From an uncultured delta proteobacterium (GTDB taxonomy: Bacteria; Myxococcota_A; Polyangia; Palsa-1104): DNA of 64,000 nucleotides. The notes under the pieces were generated by a model that saw nothing but the letters and a program-made list of their open reading frames with translations, was not told the DNA's origin and searched no databases. The DNA is taken from NCBI GenBank assembly GCA_963785725.1, contig CAWAWS010000005.1:32001-96000 (forward strand), read 5' to 3'. Position 1 is the stretch's first letter, and the number at the start of each line of letters is the position of its first letter. The position numbers and the translations under genes are program-made. Of the stretch, positions 1 to 8,524 are shown in pieces.

Positions 1-859
1 CGAGATTGCGCAGCACCTGGCGCAGGTGGGCCGCGTCGCCGCGCAAAGGTGGCATCGCCTCCAAACCGACGACCTCGATGCGGACCCCCGGCGGCACGAT
101 CAGCGACGAGCAAACGCTCTCGATCAGGGGTGCCAGGGCGACCGCCTCGCGCAGCAGCGGCCGCTCGCGAATCATGTCGAGCAGCGAGCTGACGATGTCG
201 TTGGCGATGCCGAGCTGCTCGCCTACGCGGGTCACGTGCTTGTGCACGCGCGGGTCGCTGCCGGCGTTCTTGTCGATGATGAACATCGAGGACTCGATGA
301 CGCCGAGCGGGTTGCGCAGCTCGTGGCCGATCGAGCCGATGAGCTGCCCGAAGGTGGCCAGCCGCTCCTTGCGCGCCTGCTGCGCTTCCATGTCCTCGCG
401 GTAGGTATGCAGCATGATGGCGAGCTCGAGATCGAGCATCTTGCCGATGGCTCGCTGCGTGAGCAGCAGCGTCTCGGGAGCGCTGCGATAGGCGTGCTCG
501 ACGACCCCTTTGAGCTCGTCGCGGAGCACGTTCATGGCGCCGAACATGTAGTGCTGCGGCAAGCCAATCCGTACGTGCACACGGCCGATGAGGCAGCGCA
601 GCTGGTAATAATCCTCGTCCCACGGCCCGGCCAGCAGCCAATCCATCCACTGCACGAGCTTGACCTTGAGGTGGCCGACGGTCGACTCGCCGCTCTCGAG
701 CACGCCGCGCGCCTCATCGTGTTCCTGGATGCGCGCGTAGAAGACATCGGCGATGCGCTGGAAGTGCGGCGCGGCGATCGGCCGCAGCGCGTGGAGCGCC
801 TGCTCGTGCGGCGCGCTCCACCCGACATAGCGTTTGAGCTCGGCGAACAGCGTCTCCAT
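1..859 (-). CDS. Globin-coupled (protoglobin) sensor histidine kinase, AfGcHK-like; runs off the window edge
   Basis: Hand translation from ATG 859: METLFAELKRYVGW...FYARI...IGRVHVRIGLPQHYMFGAMN...LDLELAIMLHTYRED...FGQLIGSIGHELRNPLG (globin plus HisKA H-box), reaching GDAAHLRQVLRNL at the edge. Confidence 0.9.
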   Translation of the reverse strand, partial: METLFAELKRYVGWSAPHEQALHALRPIAAPHFQRIADVFYARIQEHDEARGVLESGESTVGHLKVKLVQWMDWLLAGPWDEDYYQLRCLIGRVHVRIGLPQHYMFGAMNVLRDELKGVVEHAYRSAPETLLLTQRAIGKMLDLELAIMLHTYREDMEAQQARKERLATFGQLIGSIGHELRNPLGVIESSMFIIDKNAGSDPRVHKHVTRVGEQLGIANDIVSSLLDMIRERPLLREAVALAPLIESVCSSLIVPPGVRIEVVGLEAMPPLRGDAAHLRQVLRNL

Positions 860-1019
860 TGCGGACTGATGGTGCCTCGTTTCCGGGCCGAGCGATATCG
901 ACAAGCGCCGGCTACCCGCGGAATCTGCAGACTAGGCGCACGTTGGGCCGCCTTCGGCGCCGACCGCGACGAGCGGCGCACGATGCCGCCGTCGCCGCAA
1001 TCGGAGCGCCGAGGCTCGA

Positions 1020-1445
1020 CTAAGGATGTTGCCGCTGCGCAGCGCGCAGACGTGGTGAGCGCGGCGAGCGACCGAGCGCGATCGGGTCGACGATGCGGGC
1101 TTCCTGCCTGATGAAGCGACGGAACAGCATCTCGACTCGGCCGAGCGTGCGGGAAAAGACGCGATGGTCATCGTAAGCGACCTCGACCTCGCTCACCGCC
1201 GTCCGCAAGCTGCGGCTGGTCGCGCACAGACCGGCCCACAACCGCTGTCGCAGCGGTCGGGGAAACAGCGCGTGGGCCTGAAGGCGCAGATGCCGGTCGA
1301 GCCGCTCGGCGAACTGCGCGAACGACGCTGCTGCAGCCGAGGGCAGCCGCTCTGCCAACAGCGTGCGCGTCTCGGCCAACAGCGCTTCGAGCTGCGGACG
1401 ATCGTCGAGAAGGAAGAGCGCGACCGCGTGCTCGCTGCCGCTCAC
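1020..1445 (-). CDS. Degenerate hemerythrin (HHE)-like protein
   Basis: Helical pattern FLLDDRPQLEALL / LDRHLRLQAHALFP / FIRQEARIV parallels hemerythrin DH, RHxxxEExxLFP and HxxKEE, with most ligands lost; GTG start inferred. Confidence 0.45.
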   Translation of the reverse strand: MSGSEHAVALFLLDDRPQLEALLAETRTLLAERLPSAAAASFAQFAERLDRHLRLQAHALFPRPLRQRLWAGLCATSRSLRTAVSEVEVAYDDHRVFSRTLGRVEMLFRRFIRQEARIVDPIALGRSPRSPRLRAAQRQHP

Positions 1446-1537
1446 GACGACCACCCCATCGTCGGACACGAATGCGCGACTGCGCACCACAGGGCATCTT
1501 CGAACGAGCGAATGGACAGGGTCGGCGTCATCGGCAT
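1442..1537 (-). CDS. Putative 31-aa small ORF coupled to the hemerythrin-like gene
   Basis: GGAG RBS plus ATG downstream of a sigma54 motif; stop overlaps the next GTG (GTGA). Confidence 0.3.
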   Translation of the reverse strand: MPMTPTLSIRSFEDALWCAVAHSCPTMGWSS

Positions 1538-1558
1538 CGGTTCTCCGCTGCCGCTTTT

Positions 1559-1574
1559 TGCGCATATCGTGCCA
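1559..1574 (-). promoter_or_regulatory. sigma54 promoter
   Basis: TGGCACGATATGCGCA (GG-N10-GC). Confidence 0.65.
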
Positions 1575-1635
1575 AGCTGCCCGCGCGCGCACGCTGGAGT
1601 CGCGTAGCTCGCCACCGGCGCGCTGTCGGAGATCG

Positions 1636-1678
1636 CGCAAGCCGCGCCGTCTTGGGCCACGCACGCGCAAGGCTTGCG
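1636..1678. promoter_or_regulatory. Paired enhancer-like boxes
   Basis: CGCAAGCCGCGCC (weak) and CGCAAGGCTTGCG, starts 30 bp apart. Confidence 0.55.
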
Positions 1679-1817
1679 CGCTTTGGTGATTTGCGGCCGA
1701 GCCGACCGCGAACGCGCGATTCATGCTGCTCTTGGCGGCGCCACTGCACAGACTGGGCGAGCCGCGCGAGACGACGACCGACCCGCGCTCGAGCGCGAGC
1801 GACGGCCGCTCGCTTCC

Positions 1818-2270
1818 CTACTTCGCGCCGGGCTGCGGACGCACGGTGACGACCGGAACGCTGCTCCGCCGCACCACTTGTTCCGCGACGCTGCCGAGCA
1901 CCAGGTGCTTGAAGCCACCGCGACCGTGCGTCCCCAAGACCACGAGGTCGAAGCGGCCCGAGTTGGCGAGCGATGTCACGACGTCCGCGGCCAAACCAAC
2001 TTGCACCTCGCCGGTGCACGGCGCCAGCTCGCGCGAGCGCTCGATCGCCTCGTCGATCCGCTTCTGTCCGCCGCTGACTTCGGCGGCGATGGCTTCGTTC
2101 ATCACGACGATGGCCTCGGGTGAAACGAACGTCGGCGGCTGCGCGACGTACAAGAGATGCAGCGCTGCCCCGAAGCGGCGCGCCAGCAGGACGGCGTATT
2201 CCATGGCCGGCTGCGAGCAGGCGGAGAAGTCGGTGGCGACCAGGATCCGTTTCGGTTCCGTGGGTTTCAT
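1818..2270 (-). CDS. Universal stress protein
   Basis: RILVATDFS...DLVVLGTHGRGG...LGSVAEQVVR. Confidence 0.93.
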   Translation of the reverse strand: MKPTEPKRILVATDFSACSQPAMEYAVLLARRFGAALHLLYVAQPPTFVSPEAIVVMNEAIAAEVSGGQKRIDEAIERSRELAPCTGEVQVGLAADVVTSLANSGRFDLVVLGTHGRGGFKHLVLGSVAEQVVRRSSVPVVTVRPQPGAK

Positions 2271-2283
2271 GAGACTGCGACGA

Positions 2284-2299
2284 AGCAAGCGACGTTCCA
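2284..2299 (-). promoter_or_regulatory. sigma54 promoter, near-leaderless
   Basis: TGGAACGTCGCTTGCT; ATG 15 nt after the -12 C. Confidence 0.75.
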
Positions 2300-2530
2300 G
2301 ACGTCGCGCGCGACGCACTCGGGGACAGCCGGCGACGACGCGGCGCCGCGCCGAACAAGACGAAGCCGGGATGGCAGGCCGGGTAGCCCAGAAAAAAAAA
2401 TGGACACGCTCGTCGAGAACGCAGACGCCGCTCGTCGATCACCAAAGGCTGAGATAGCCGGACAACGAAGTGCCGGCGCCCGCGAGCGGAGTCGCCACGC
2501 GCAGCTCCGTTTGGCTGCGCATGTCACGAC

Positions 2531-2986
2531 TCAGCCGTCGCCGCGGTCGTCGTCCGGCCCTTCGAGGTTGGCCTGGTGTCGGGCGACCTCGATGAGCGTC
2601 GCGGCCGCGCGCTCCGGCTTGTGCGCCGCGATGTCGGCCAGGCTGACGACACCGAGCGGCCGTCCCTCGCCGTCGGCGACGAGGATGCGCGACTTTTCGT
2701 GCAGGATCATCAAATCCTGCGCCCGCTGCACGTCGTCGGTGGCGCGGCACGATACGGGCTCCGGCGACATGACGTCCGAGACCCGTGTCTTCTTGGCCTT
2801 CAAGTTCTCGGCGCAGATGCGCAGCGCGAGGTCGCGATCGGTGACGACGCCGACGGCCTTGCCGGCTTTGTCGCAGACCGGCAGGAATCCGATGTTCCGG
2901 TCACGCATGCGACGCGCAGCCTCTTGGACCGTATCGTGACGACGAACGGTCTGAATCGACGTGCTCATGATCTCTTGGCACAGCAT
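2531..2986 (-). CDS. CBS-pair protein
   Basis: IGFLPV...VGVVTDRDL...LGVVSLADI; GGAGG RBS. Confidence 0.92.
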   Translation of the reverse strand: MLCQEIMSTSIQTVRRHDTVQEAARRMRDRNIGFLPVCDKAGKAVGVVTDRDLALRICAENLKAKKTRVSDVMSPEPVSCRATDDVQRAQDLMILHEKSRILVADGEGRPLGVVSLADIAAHKPERAAATLIEVARHQANLEGPDDDRGDG

Positions 2987-3010
2987 GCGGACCTCCTGCG
3001 CGTGGCGGAG

Positions 3011-3026
3011 AGCAACCGATGTGCCA
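3011..3026 (-). promoter_or_regulatory. sigma54 promoter
   Basis: TGGCACATCGGTTGCT, near consensus. Confidence 0.8.
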
Positions 3027-3101
3027 TCGCGCCCAGCCGTTCGGCGGCGAATGGCGCGACGACATCGCGGCGCGCGCCCGGCGCTTGCATCGCGCGTACG
3101 C

Positions 3102-3812
3102 ATGGCGAGCGACGTCGAGTTTCACACGCGCATCGATCCGCACCGCAGCAGCTCGCGGCTGAGCGACATCATCCTCGGCGGACAGGATGGCCTCATCAAC
3201 GTGCTCGGCGTGATCCTCGGCGTCGCCAGCGCCACCGCGGACGTGCGCATCGTGCTCGCCGCCGGTGTCGCCGCCGCACTGGCGGAGTCGGTGTCGATGG
3301 CGGCCGTCGCCTATACCGCCCGCCGCGCCGATCAGGCGCTCTACGAGAGTGAGCTGGCGCGCGAGAAACGACATATCGATCGCGTGCCGACCTTGGAGAC
3401 GGAAGAGATCCGCAGCCTCTACCGCGACAAAGGCTTCACGGGCGCGCTCCTCGATCAAGTGGTCGCGACGATCACGGCGAACAAAGAGGTCTGGCTGGCG
3501 GTGATGATGGCCGAGGAGCTGCGCCTGCAACCGAGCGATCGCCGGAGCGCGCTGCGTGCGGCGCTGGTCGTCGGCGGGTCGGCGCTGCTGGGCTCGGCGC
3601 TGCCGCTGCCGCCCTTCCTCATCCTCGGCATCCACCACGCGATGTGGCTGGCGGTCATCATCTCGGGCGTCGTGCTGTTCGCGGTCGGCGCCTACAAGAA
3701 CGCGCGCACCGTCGGCAGCTGGCTCGGCGGTGGGCTCGAGATGGCGGCCATCGGTCTCGCCGCCGCCGCCATCGGCTGGCTCGTGGGTCTCGCGTTTCGC
3801 ACGCCCGTGTGA
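3102..3812 (+). CDS. VIT1/CCC1-family Fe/Mn transporter
   Basis: LSDIILGGQDGL, SMAAVAY, E-rich cytoplasmic loop, MMAEEL, about 5 TM helices. Confidence 0.9.
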   Translation: MASDVEFHTRIDPHRSSSRLSDIILGGQDGLINVLGVILGVASATADVRIVLAAGVAAALAESVSMAAVAYTARRADQALYESELAREKRHIDRVPTLETEEIRSLYRDKGFTGALLDQVVATITANKEVWLAVMMAEELRLQPSDRRSALRAALVVGGSALLGSALPLPPFLILGIHHAMWLAVIISGVVLFAVGAYKNARTVGSWLGGGLEMAAIGLAAAAIGWLVGLAFRTPV

Positions 3813-3836
3813 CGCGTGAATGGCACGGCGCGAACG

Positions 3837-3879
3837 CGCAAACCCTGCGCCGACAGCGAGCGCGAACGCAGAGCATGCG
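3837..3879. promoter_or_regulatory. Paired enhancer-like boxes
   Basis: CGCAAACCCTGCG and CGCAGAGCATGCG, 30 bp apart, 32 bp from the promoter. Confidence 0.7.
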
Positions 3880-3910
3880 CGCCACAGAGCGCAGCTTCGC
3901 GAGCCGCAGC

Positions 3911-3926
3911 TGGCATCGCTTTCGCT
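3911..3926 (+). promoter_or_regulatory. sigma54 promoter, near-leaderless
   Basis: TGGCATCGCTTTCGCT; ATG 15 nt after the -12 C; conserved upstream of the paralog at 21988. Confidence 0.7.
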
Positions 3927-3939
3927 AACAAGCCGCTCC

Positions 3940-5115
3940 ATGCACACGATCACGGTCTTCGTCATCCTTGCTGCGTTGGTGGCGCTCGCTTGGCAGTACC
4001 GGCGGTTGCTGCCGGCGGCACAAAGGCGCAGCGAGCCGCCGCCGCCACCGGCGCGATATCCTTCGTTGACGATGGTGCGACCCATCCGCGGCCTCGACTT
4101 CGGCGCGAGTGAGAACGTCACGGCGCTGCTCGCCTCCACGTATCCCGGGACACTGGAGCTTCTCTTCGTCCTCGATGACGAGAGCGACCCGGCGCTGCCG
4201 CTGGTGCGCGCGCTCGTCGCCGCGCATGTCGCCAAGCAGCCGCGGGCGCAGGTCAAGGTGCTGCTCGCGGGCGCGCCGCCGGCGGGACGCACCGGCAAGC
4301 TGCACGCGATGTCGGTCGGCGTCCGCCAGGCCACCGGCGAGCTCATCGGCTTCACCGACTCCGACACGCGGCTCGCGCCGGATCAGCTGCAGGCGATGGT
4401 CGCTGAGCTGCTCGCTTCGCCGCTCGCCGGCGACGTCTTTGCGCCAGCCGTCGCGGTGTCGCCGCCACGCACCATCGGCGATGCCGGCTATGCGCTCATG
4501 CTCAACAGCTGGTACGGCGCGGTCGCCGCCGCCAGCGCCGGCGAGACGCACGAGCTGCCCTTCATCATGGGTCAGCTCATGATCTTCCGTCGCGAGGCGC
4601 TCGTCGCCATCGGCGGCGTCGAGAGCGCCGACGGCCAGCTCGTCGACGACATGTACCTCGGCCGTCGCGTCGTCGCATTCGGTTACCGCAACCTCATGAG
4701 CCGTCAGCCGCTGCGCGTGGTCTCGGAGCAGCTCAGCCTGTCGGGCTTCGTCGTGCTCATGCGCCGCTGGCTCCTCTTTTCGCGCAGCGGTCTGCCCACG
4801 CGCTTCAAGCGTCCCGCCTGGATGCACGGCTTGGCGCTCGGTGTGACGCTGGCCGCGCTGTGTGGCGCGCTCATCGCCGGCTGGACGGCCGTCGCGATCT
4901 TCGCGGCGCTCACGCTGGCCATGGGCTGCATCGGCGACGTCTTCCTGCACCGGGAGCTGGGCGGCGCGCCCATGCCGCTCAAGTGGTGGTGGGTGACCTT
5001 GATCGTGCCGGTGCTCGGCCCGTTTGCGCTCGCTTCGCTGCTCTTCGACCGCCACGTCGACTGGCGTGGTCGCGACTACGCGCTCGACACCGGCGCGCAC
5101 CTCGGCCACTCGTAG
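3940..5115 (+). CDS. GT21/GT2 glycosyltransferase (ceramide glucosyltransferase/HpnI-like)
   Basis: RPIRGLD, GKL, DSD, MG, LVDD, MRRW, C-terminal TMs and WRGRDY. Confidence 0.85.
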   Translation: MHTITVFVILAALVALAWQYRRLLPAAQRRSEPPPPPARYPSLTMVRPIRGLDFGASENVTALLASTYPGTLELLFVLDDESDPALPLVRALVAAHVAKQPRAQVKVLLAGAPPAGRTGKLHAMSVGVRQATGELIGFTDSDTRLAPDQLQAMVAELLASPLAGDVFAPAVAVSPPRTIGDAGYALMLNSWYGAVAAASAGETHELPFIMGQLMIFRREALVAIGGVESADGQLVDDMYLGRRVVAFGYRNLMSRQPLRVVSEQLSLSGFVVLMRRWLLFSRSGLPTRFKRPAWMHGLALGVTLAALCGALIAGWTAVAIFAALTLAMGCIGDVFLHRELGGAPMPLKWWWVTLIVPVLGPFALASLLFDRHVDWRGRDYALDTGAHLGHS

Positions 5116-5321
5116 CCGTAGGCGGTCGCGAAGTGGAGAACGATCGAGCGCTCCGCGCCGTCGCCGCCGCGCAGACGAACACGCCGCGGCGCACCATAGC
5201 CGGCCGCCTTTTACGTCTCGCCGGGAATGTTCGCGTCGGCGCCGAGCAGCTCGACGGCGTCCGCCGGCGGAATCGTCTGTTGCGACCGCGTCGAGGCTCA
5301 TCTCGAACCTCCTGCAGGCGA

Positions 5322-6389
5322 TCAGGGCTTGAGCGCGATCTTGAGGACGCCCTCGCGACGCTCGCCGAACAGCCGATAGGCGTCCACGACCTGGTCGAGC
5401 GCCATCGTGTGCGTCACGAGCGGCTGCAGGTCGAGCCGGCCATGCTCGACGAGCGCGAGCAGCCGGCGCATCCGCTCTTTGCCGCCCGGACAGAGCGAGG
5501 TGACGATGCGTTGGCCGCCGATTCCCGCACTGAACGCGTCGTTCGGCAGCTGCAGCTTGGTCGCGTAAACGCCGAGGCTCGACAATGTGCCGGCGGGACG
5601 CAAGCAGCGCAGCCCCTGCTCGAACGTCGCTTGGCTGCCGAGCGCTTCGATGGCGACGTCGGCGCCGCCTCCGGTCAGCCGCTTGACCTCGGCGACCACG
5701 TCCTGCGACTGCGGATTGAGGGTCACGTTGGCGCCCATGCGCCTCGACAGCTCACGCCGATAGCTCTCGGGATCGACGCCGATGATGAGCGCCGCGCCCA
5801 TGAGACGCGCGCCGACGACGGCGCACAGACCGATCGGCCCCTGCCCGAGCACGACGACCGCGTCGCCGAGCCGCACGCCGCCGGACTCCGCGCCGGCAAA
5901 ACCCGTCGACGCCACGTCCGCCAACATCAGCGCCTGCGTGTCGCTCACCGAGTCGGGAATCAGCGCCAAATTGGCCTGCGCATTGGGCACGCGCAGGTAC
6001 TCCGCTTGCGCGCCGTCGATGGTATGGCCGAAGCGCCAGCCGCCGGTCAGCTGATAGCCGGCGCCGTCGCCGCACTGCGCGCCGTTGCTCGAGAGGCAGG
6101 CCGCGCACTGGCCGCAGGGCGTGATGGCGCCGACGAGCACGCGCTGGCCCACCGAGTAGCCGCGCACGCCGGCGCCGATCTCGGCGATCACGCCGACGGC
6201 TTCGTGGCCCACCGTGAGGCCGGGCTCGATCGGGTATTCGCCACGCAAGATGTGCAGATCGGTCCCGCAGATCGTCGTCAGCGTCACCCGCATGACCACG
6301 TCGCCGGCTTGCGCGATCGGGATCGGCTTCTCGTCCAGGGCGATCTGCCCAACGCCGACGAATGCTGCGACCTTCATCGTCTTCTTCAT
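5322..6389 (-). CDS. Zn-dependent alcohol dehydrogenase (MDR family)
   Basis: CGTDLH, GHE, CGQCAAC...C, GQGPIG. Confidence 0.92.
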   Translation of the reverse strand: MKKTMKVAAFVGVGQIALDEKPIPIAQAGDVVMRVTLTTICGTDLHILRGEYPIEPGLTVGHEAVGVIAEIGAGVRGYSVGQRVLVGAITPCGQCAACLSSNGAQCGDGAGYQLTGGWRFGHTIDGAQAEYLRVPNAQANLALIPDSVSDTQALMLADVASTGFAGAESGGVRLGDAVVVLGQGPIGLCAVVGARLMGAALIIGVDPESYRRELSRRMGANVTLNPQSQDVVAEVKRLTGGGADVAIEALGSQATFEQGLRCLRPAGTLSSLGVYATKLQLPNDAFSAGIGGQRIVTSLCPGGKERMRRLLALVEHGRLDLQPLVTHTMALDQVVDAYRLFGERREGVLKIALKP

Positions 6390-6445
6390 GGTCGTCCTCG
6401 CTCCGGCTTCGACGCCGTGACGTCATTCGTCTCGGCCCTCCACAA

Positions 6446-6461
6446 TGCGAGGTGAGTGCCA
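6446..6461 (-). promoter_or_regulatory. sigma54 promoter (ADH)
   Basis: TGGCACTCACCTCGCA. Confidence 0.7.
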
Positions 6462-6521
6462 ACCCGCGCGACGACCGCGACGACGACGGCGATTGCGCTG
6501 ACGCTGTGCCGGCCGAGAGCC

Positions 6522-6564
6522 CGCAACGCTTGCGGCGCATGAACGCCGGCGCGCAAATCCTGCG
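6522..6564. promoter_or_regulatory. Paired enhancer-like boxes shared by divergent promoters
   Basis: CGCAACGCTTGCG and CGCAAATCCTGCG, 30 bp apart. Confidence 0.75.
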
Positions 6565-6604
6565 AGCTTCGCCGCGGAACGAGCGTGAGCGCCCGGGCAG
6601 CCGT

Positions 6605-6620
6605 TGGCCCTCGTCTTGCG
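6605..6620 (+). promoter_or_regulatory. sigma54 promoter, near-leaderless
   Basis: TGGCCCTCGTCTTGCG; first ATG 15 nt after the -12 C. Confidence 0.7.
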
Positions 6621-6633
6621 ATTGGTGCGCTGC

Positions 6634-7098
6634 ATGATGATGCGCAGGCTGTTGGTTCCCGTCGATTTCTCCGAGCGCTCGCGCGCGCAGCTCGACTACG
6701 CCTTCGCGCTGGCCGAGCTCACGAAGCTCGACGTCGACGTGCTGCACGTCATTGCCGGGCCGAGCCCGACGCGCGCGGCGGTCGACGCCTACGTCGGCCG
6801 CCCGATGCCGCACGTCTCGCGGCTCGACGAATCGACGGCCTATCAAGAGCTGGGCGACCTCGTGGACATCTGTCTCCGGCGCGGTATCGTGCCGCGCTTG
6901 CTGGTCGAGGCCGGCGACGTGGCCTCCGCCATCGTCCGCGTCGCCGCCGAGGCGCCGGCCGACCTCATCGTGCTGGCGACGCGCGGCCATCGTGGTGTCG
7001 CCGAGCTGCTCCTCGGCAGTGTCGCCCACGCGGTGATCACGACCGCCGGGTGCCCCGTCGTCACGCTCGGCGAAGCGGCGACGCGCGGCACGCGCTGA
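6634..7098 (+). CDS. Universal stress protein
   Basis: RLLVPVDFS...DLIVLATRGHRG...LGSVA. Confidence 0.9.
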   Translation: MMMRRLLVPVDFSERSRAQLDYAFALAELTKLDVDVLHVIAGPSPTRAAVDAYVGRPMPHVSRLDESTAYQELGDLVDICLRRGIVPRLLVEAGDVASAIVRVAAEAPADLIVLATRGHRGVAELLLGSVAHAVITTAGCPVVTLGEAATRGTR

Positions 7099-8372
7099 TG
7101 CGCCTCGTCGACGCCGAGGAAGCGATCGCGCTCGCGGTGTCCTCGGGCCGGCAGCTGTTCGTGCAAGGTGGCGCCGCGACGCCGTCGCTGCTGCTGGCGG
7201 CGCTGGCGGCTCGCGGGCCGACGCTCGACGGCGTCGGGGTCGTGCATCTGCACTGCGAAGGCGCCGCGCCCCATCTCGCACCCGAGCTGGCCGGCCACCT
7301 GCGCCATCGCGCGCTCTTCGTCGGCGCCAATGCACGCGCGGCGGTCGCCGAAGGACGCGCGGACTACATTCCCGTCTTCCTCTCCGACATTCCGCGGCTG
7401 TTCGCGCGGCGCCAGCTGCGCATCGACGTCGCGCTCGTCAACGTCTCGCCGCCCGACGCGCACGGCTACTGCACGCTCGGCCCGTCGGTCGACGTCACGA
7501 TGGCGGCCATCGAAGCCGCCGACGTCGTCGTCGCGCAGATCAACAGCGGTCTGCCGCGCGTCCTCGGCGACGGCATTCTCCACGTCGACGACATCGACTT
7601 CGGCGTCGCCTGCGCCATACCACCCTACGTTAGTGCCGTGCACGAGGTTGGCGACGTCGAGCGCCGCATCGGTCAGCACGTGGCCGAGCTCGTGCCCGAC
7701 GGCGCGACGCTGCAGCTCGGGATCGGCGGGCTGCCGGGCGCGATCTGCGCTGCGCTCGCGGACAAGCGCCACCTCGGCATCCACAGCGAGCTGTTCTCCG
7801 ACGGCGTCGTCGACCTGGTGGAGCGCGGCGTCGTCGACGGCGCCGCCAAGGAGCTCGATCGCGGCAAGATCGTCGCCGCCTTCGTCGTCGGCAGTCCGCG
7901 CGTCTATCGCTTCATCGACGACAACCCGATGGTCGAGCTGCGGCGCGCTGACTACACCAACGATCCGGGCGTCATTCGCCGGTTCCGCAAGATGGTCGCC
8001 GTCAACAGCGCCATCGAGGTCGACTTGACGGGCCAGGTGTGCGCCGACTCGATCGGCGCGCGCATCTACAGCGGCGTCGGCGGCCAAGTCGACTTCTTGC
8101 GCGGGGCGGCGCTGGCCGACGAAGGCCGCGCCATCGTCGCGCTGCCCGCCTGCGCCGCCGGCGGACGCCTCTCGCGCATCGCGGCCGAGCTGCAGCCGGC
8201 CGCCGGCGTCGTCACGACGCGCGCGCACGTCCATACCGTCGTGACCGAATACGGGGTCGCCGAGCTGCACGGCCGGGCCATCGGCGAGCGCGCGCGGTCG
8301 CTCATCGCCATCGCGGCGCCGCAGTTCCGGGAGGCGCTCACGGCCGAGGCCCGGCGGCGTCACTACCTCTGA
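7098..8372 (+). CDS. Acetyl-CoA hydrolase/4-hydroxybutyrate CoA-transferase family protein
   Basis: TGATG overlap; DGATLQLGIGG, HLGIHSE, NSAIEVDLTGQV, SGVGGQVDF, VVTEYG. Confidence 0.92.
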   Translation: MRLVDAEEAIALAVSSGRQLFVQGGAATPSLLLAALAARGPTLDGVGVVHLHCEGAAPHLAPELAGHLRHRALFVGANARAAVAEGRADYIPVFLSDIPRLFARRQLRIDVALVNVSPPDAHGYCTLGPSVDVTMAAIEAADVVVAQINSGLPRVLGDGILHVDDIDFGVACAIPPYVSAVHEVGDVERRIGQHVAELVPDGATLQLGIGGLPGAICAALADKRHLGIHSELFSDGVVDLVERGVVDGAAKELDRGKIVAAFVVGSPRVYRFIDDNPMVELRRADYTNDPGVIRRFRKMVAVNSAIEVDLTGQVCADSIGARIYSGVGGQVDFLRGAALADEGRAIVALPACAAGGRLSRIAAELQPAAGVVTTRAHVHTVVTEYGVAELHGRAIGERARSLIAIAAPQFREALTAEARRRHYL

Positions 8373-8412
8373 TCGAACGACGCGCGGCGCGTCGACGACC
8401 GATTCGTGACGG

Positions 8413-8465
8413 CGCAGTGTTTGCGGCCCGAATCGGGCTCACGACTCATCGACGCAAGCCTTGCG
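8413..8465. promoter_or_regulatory. Paired enhancer-like boxes
   Basis: CGCAGTGTTTGCG and CGCAAGCCTTGCG, 40 bp apart, 32 bp from the promoter. Confidence 0.7.
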
Positions 8466-8496
8466 CGCGATCGGGGTCGAACCGTGCCTTTGGCGC

Positions 8497-8512
8497 TGGT
8501 CCGTAGGTTGCT
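8497..8512 (+). promoter_or_regulatory. sigma54 promoter of the cytochrome operon, near-leaderless
   Basis: TGGTCCGTAGGTTGCT; ATG 14 nt after the -12 C. Confidence 0.72.
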
Positions 8513-8524
8513 GAGGCACACCGC

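Noticed and set aside
6..1111. Long plus-strand ORFs (132 and 361 aa)
   Set aside because: Antisense shadows of the globin-coupled kinase; most Arg/Ala-rich ORFs in the track are similar high-GC artefacts.
2363..2400. GC-rich segment followed by A9 as a terminator
   Set aside because: Orientation is wrong for the minus-strand genes and the stem is poor; at most an A-tract bend.
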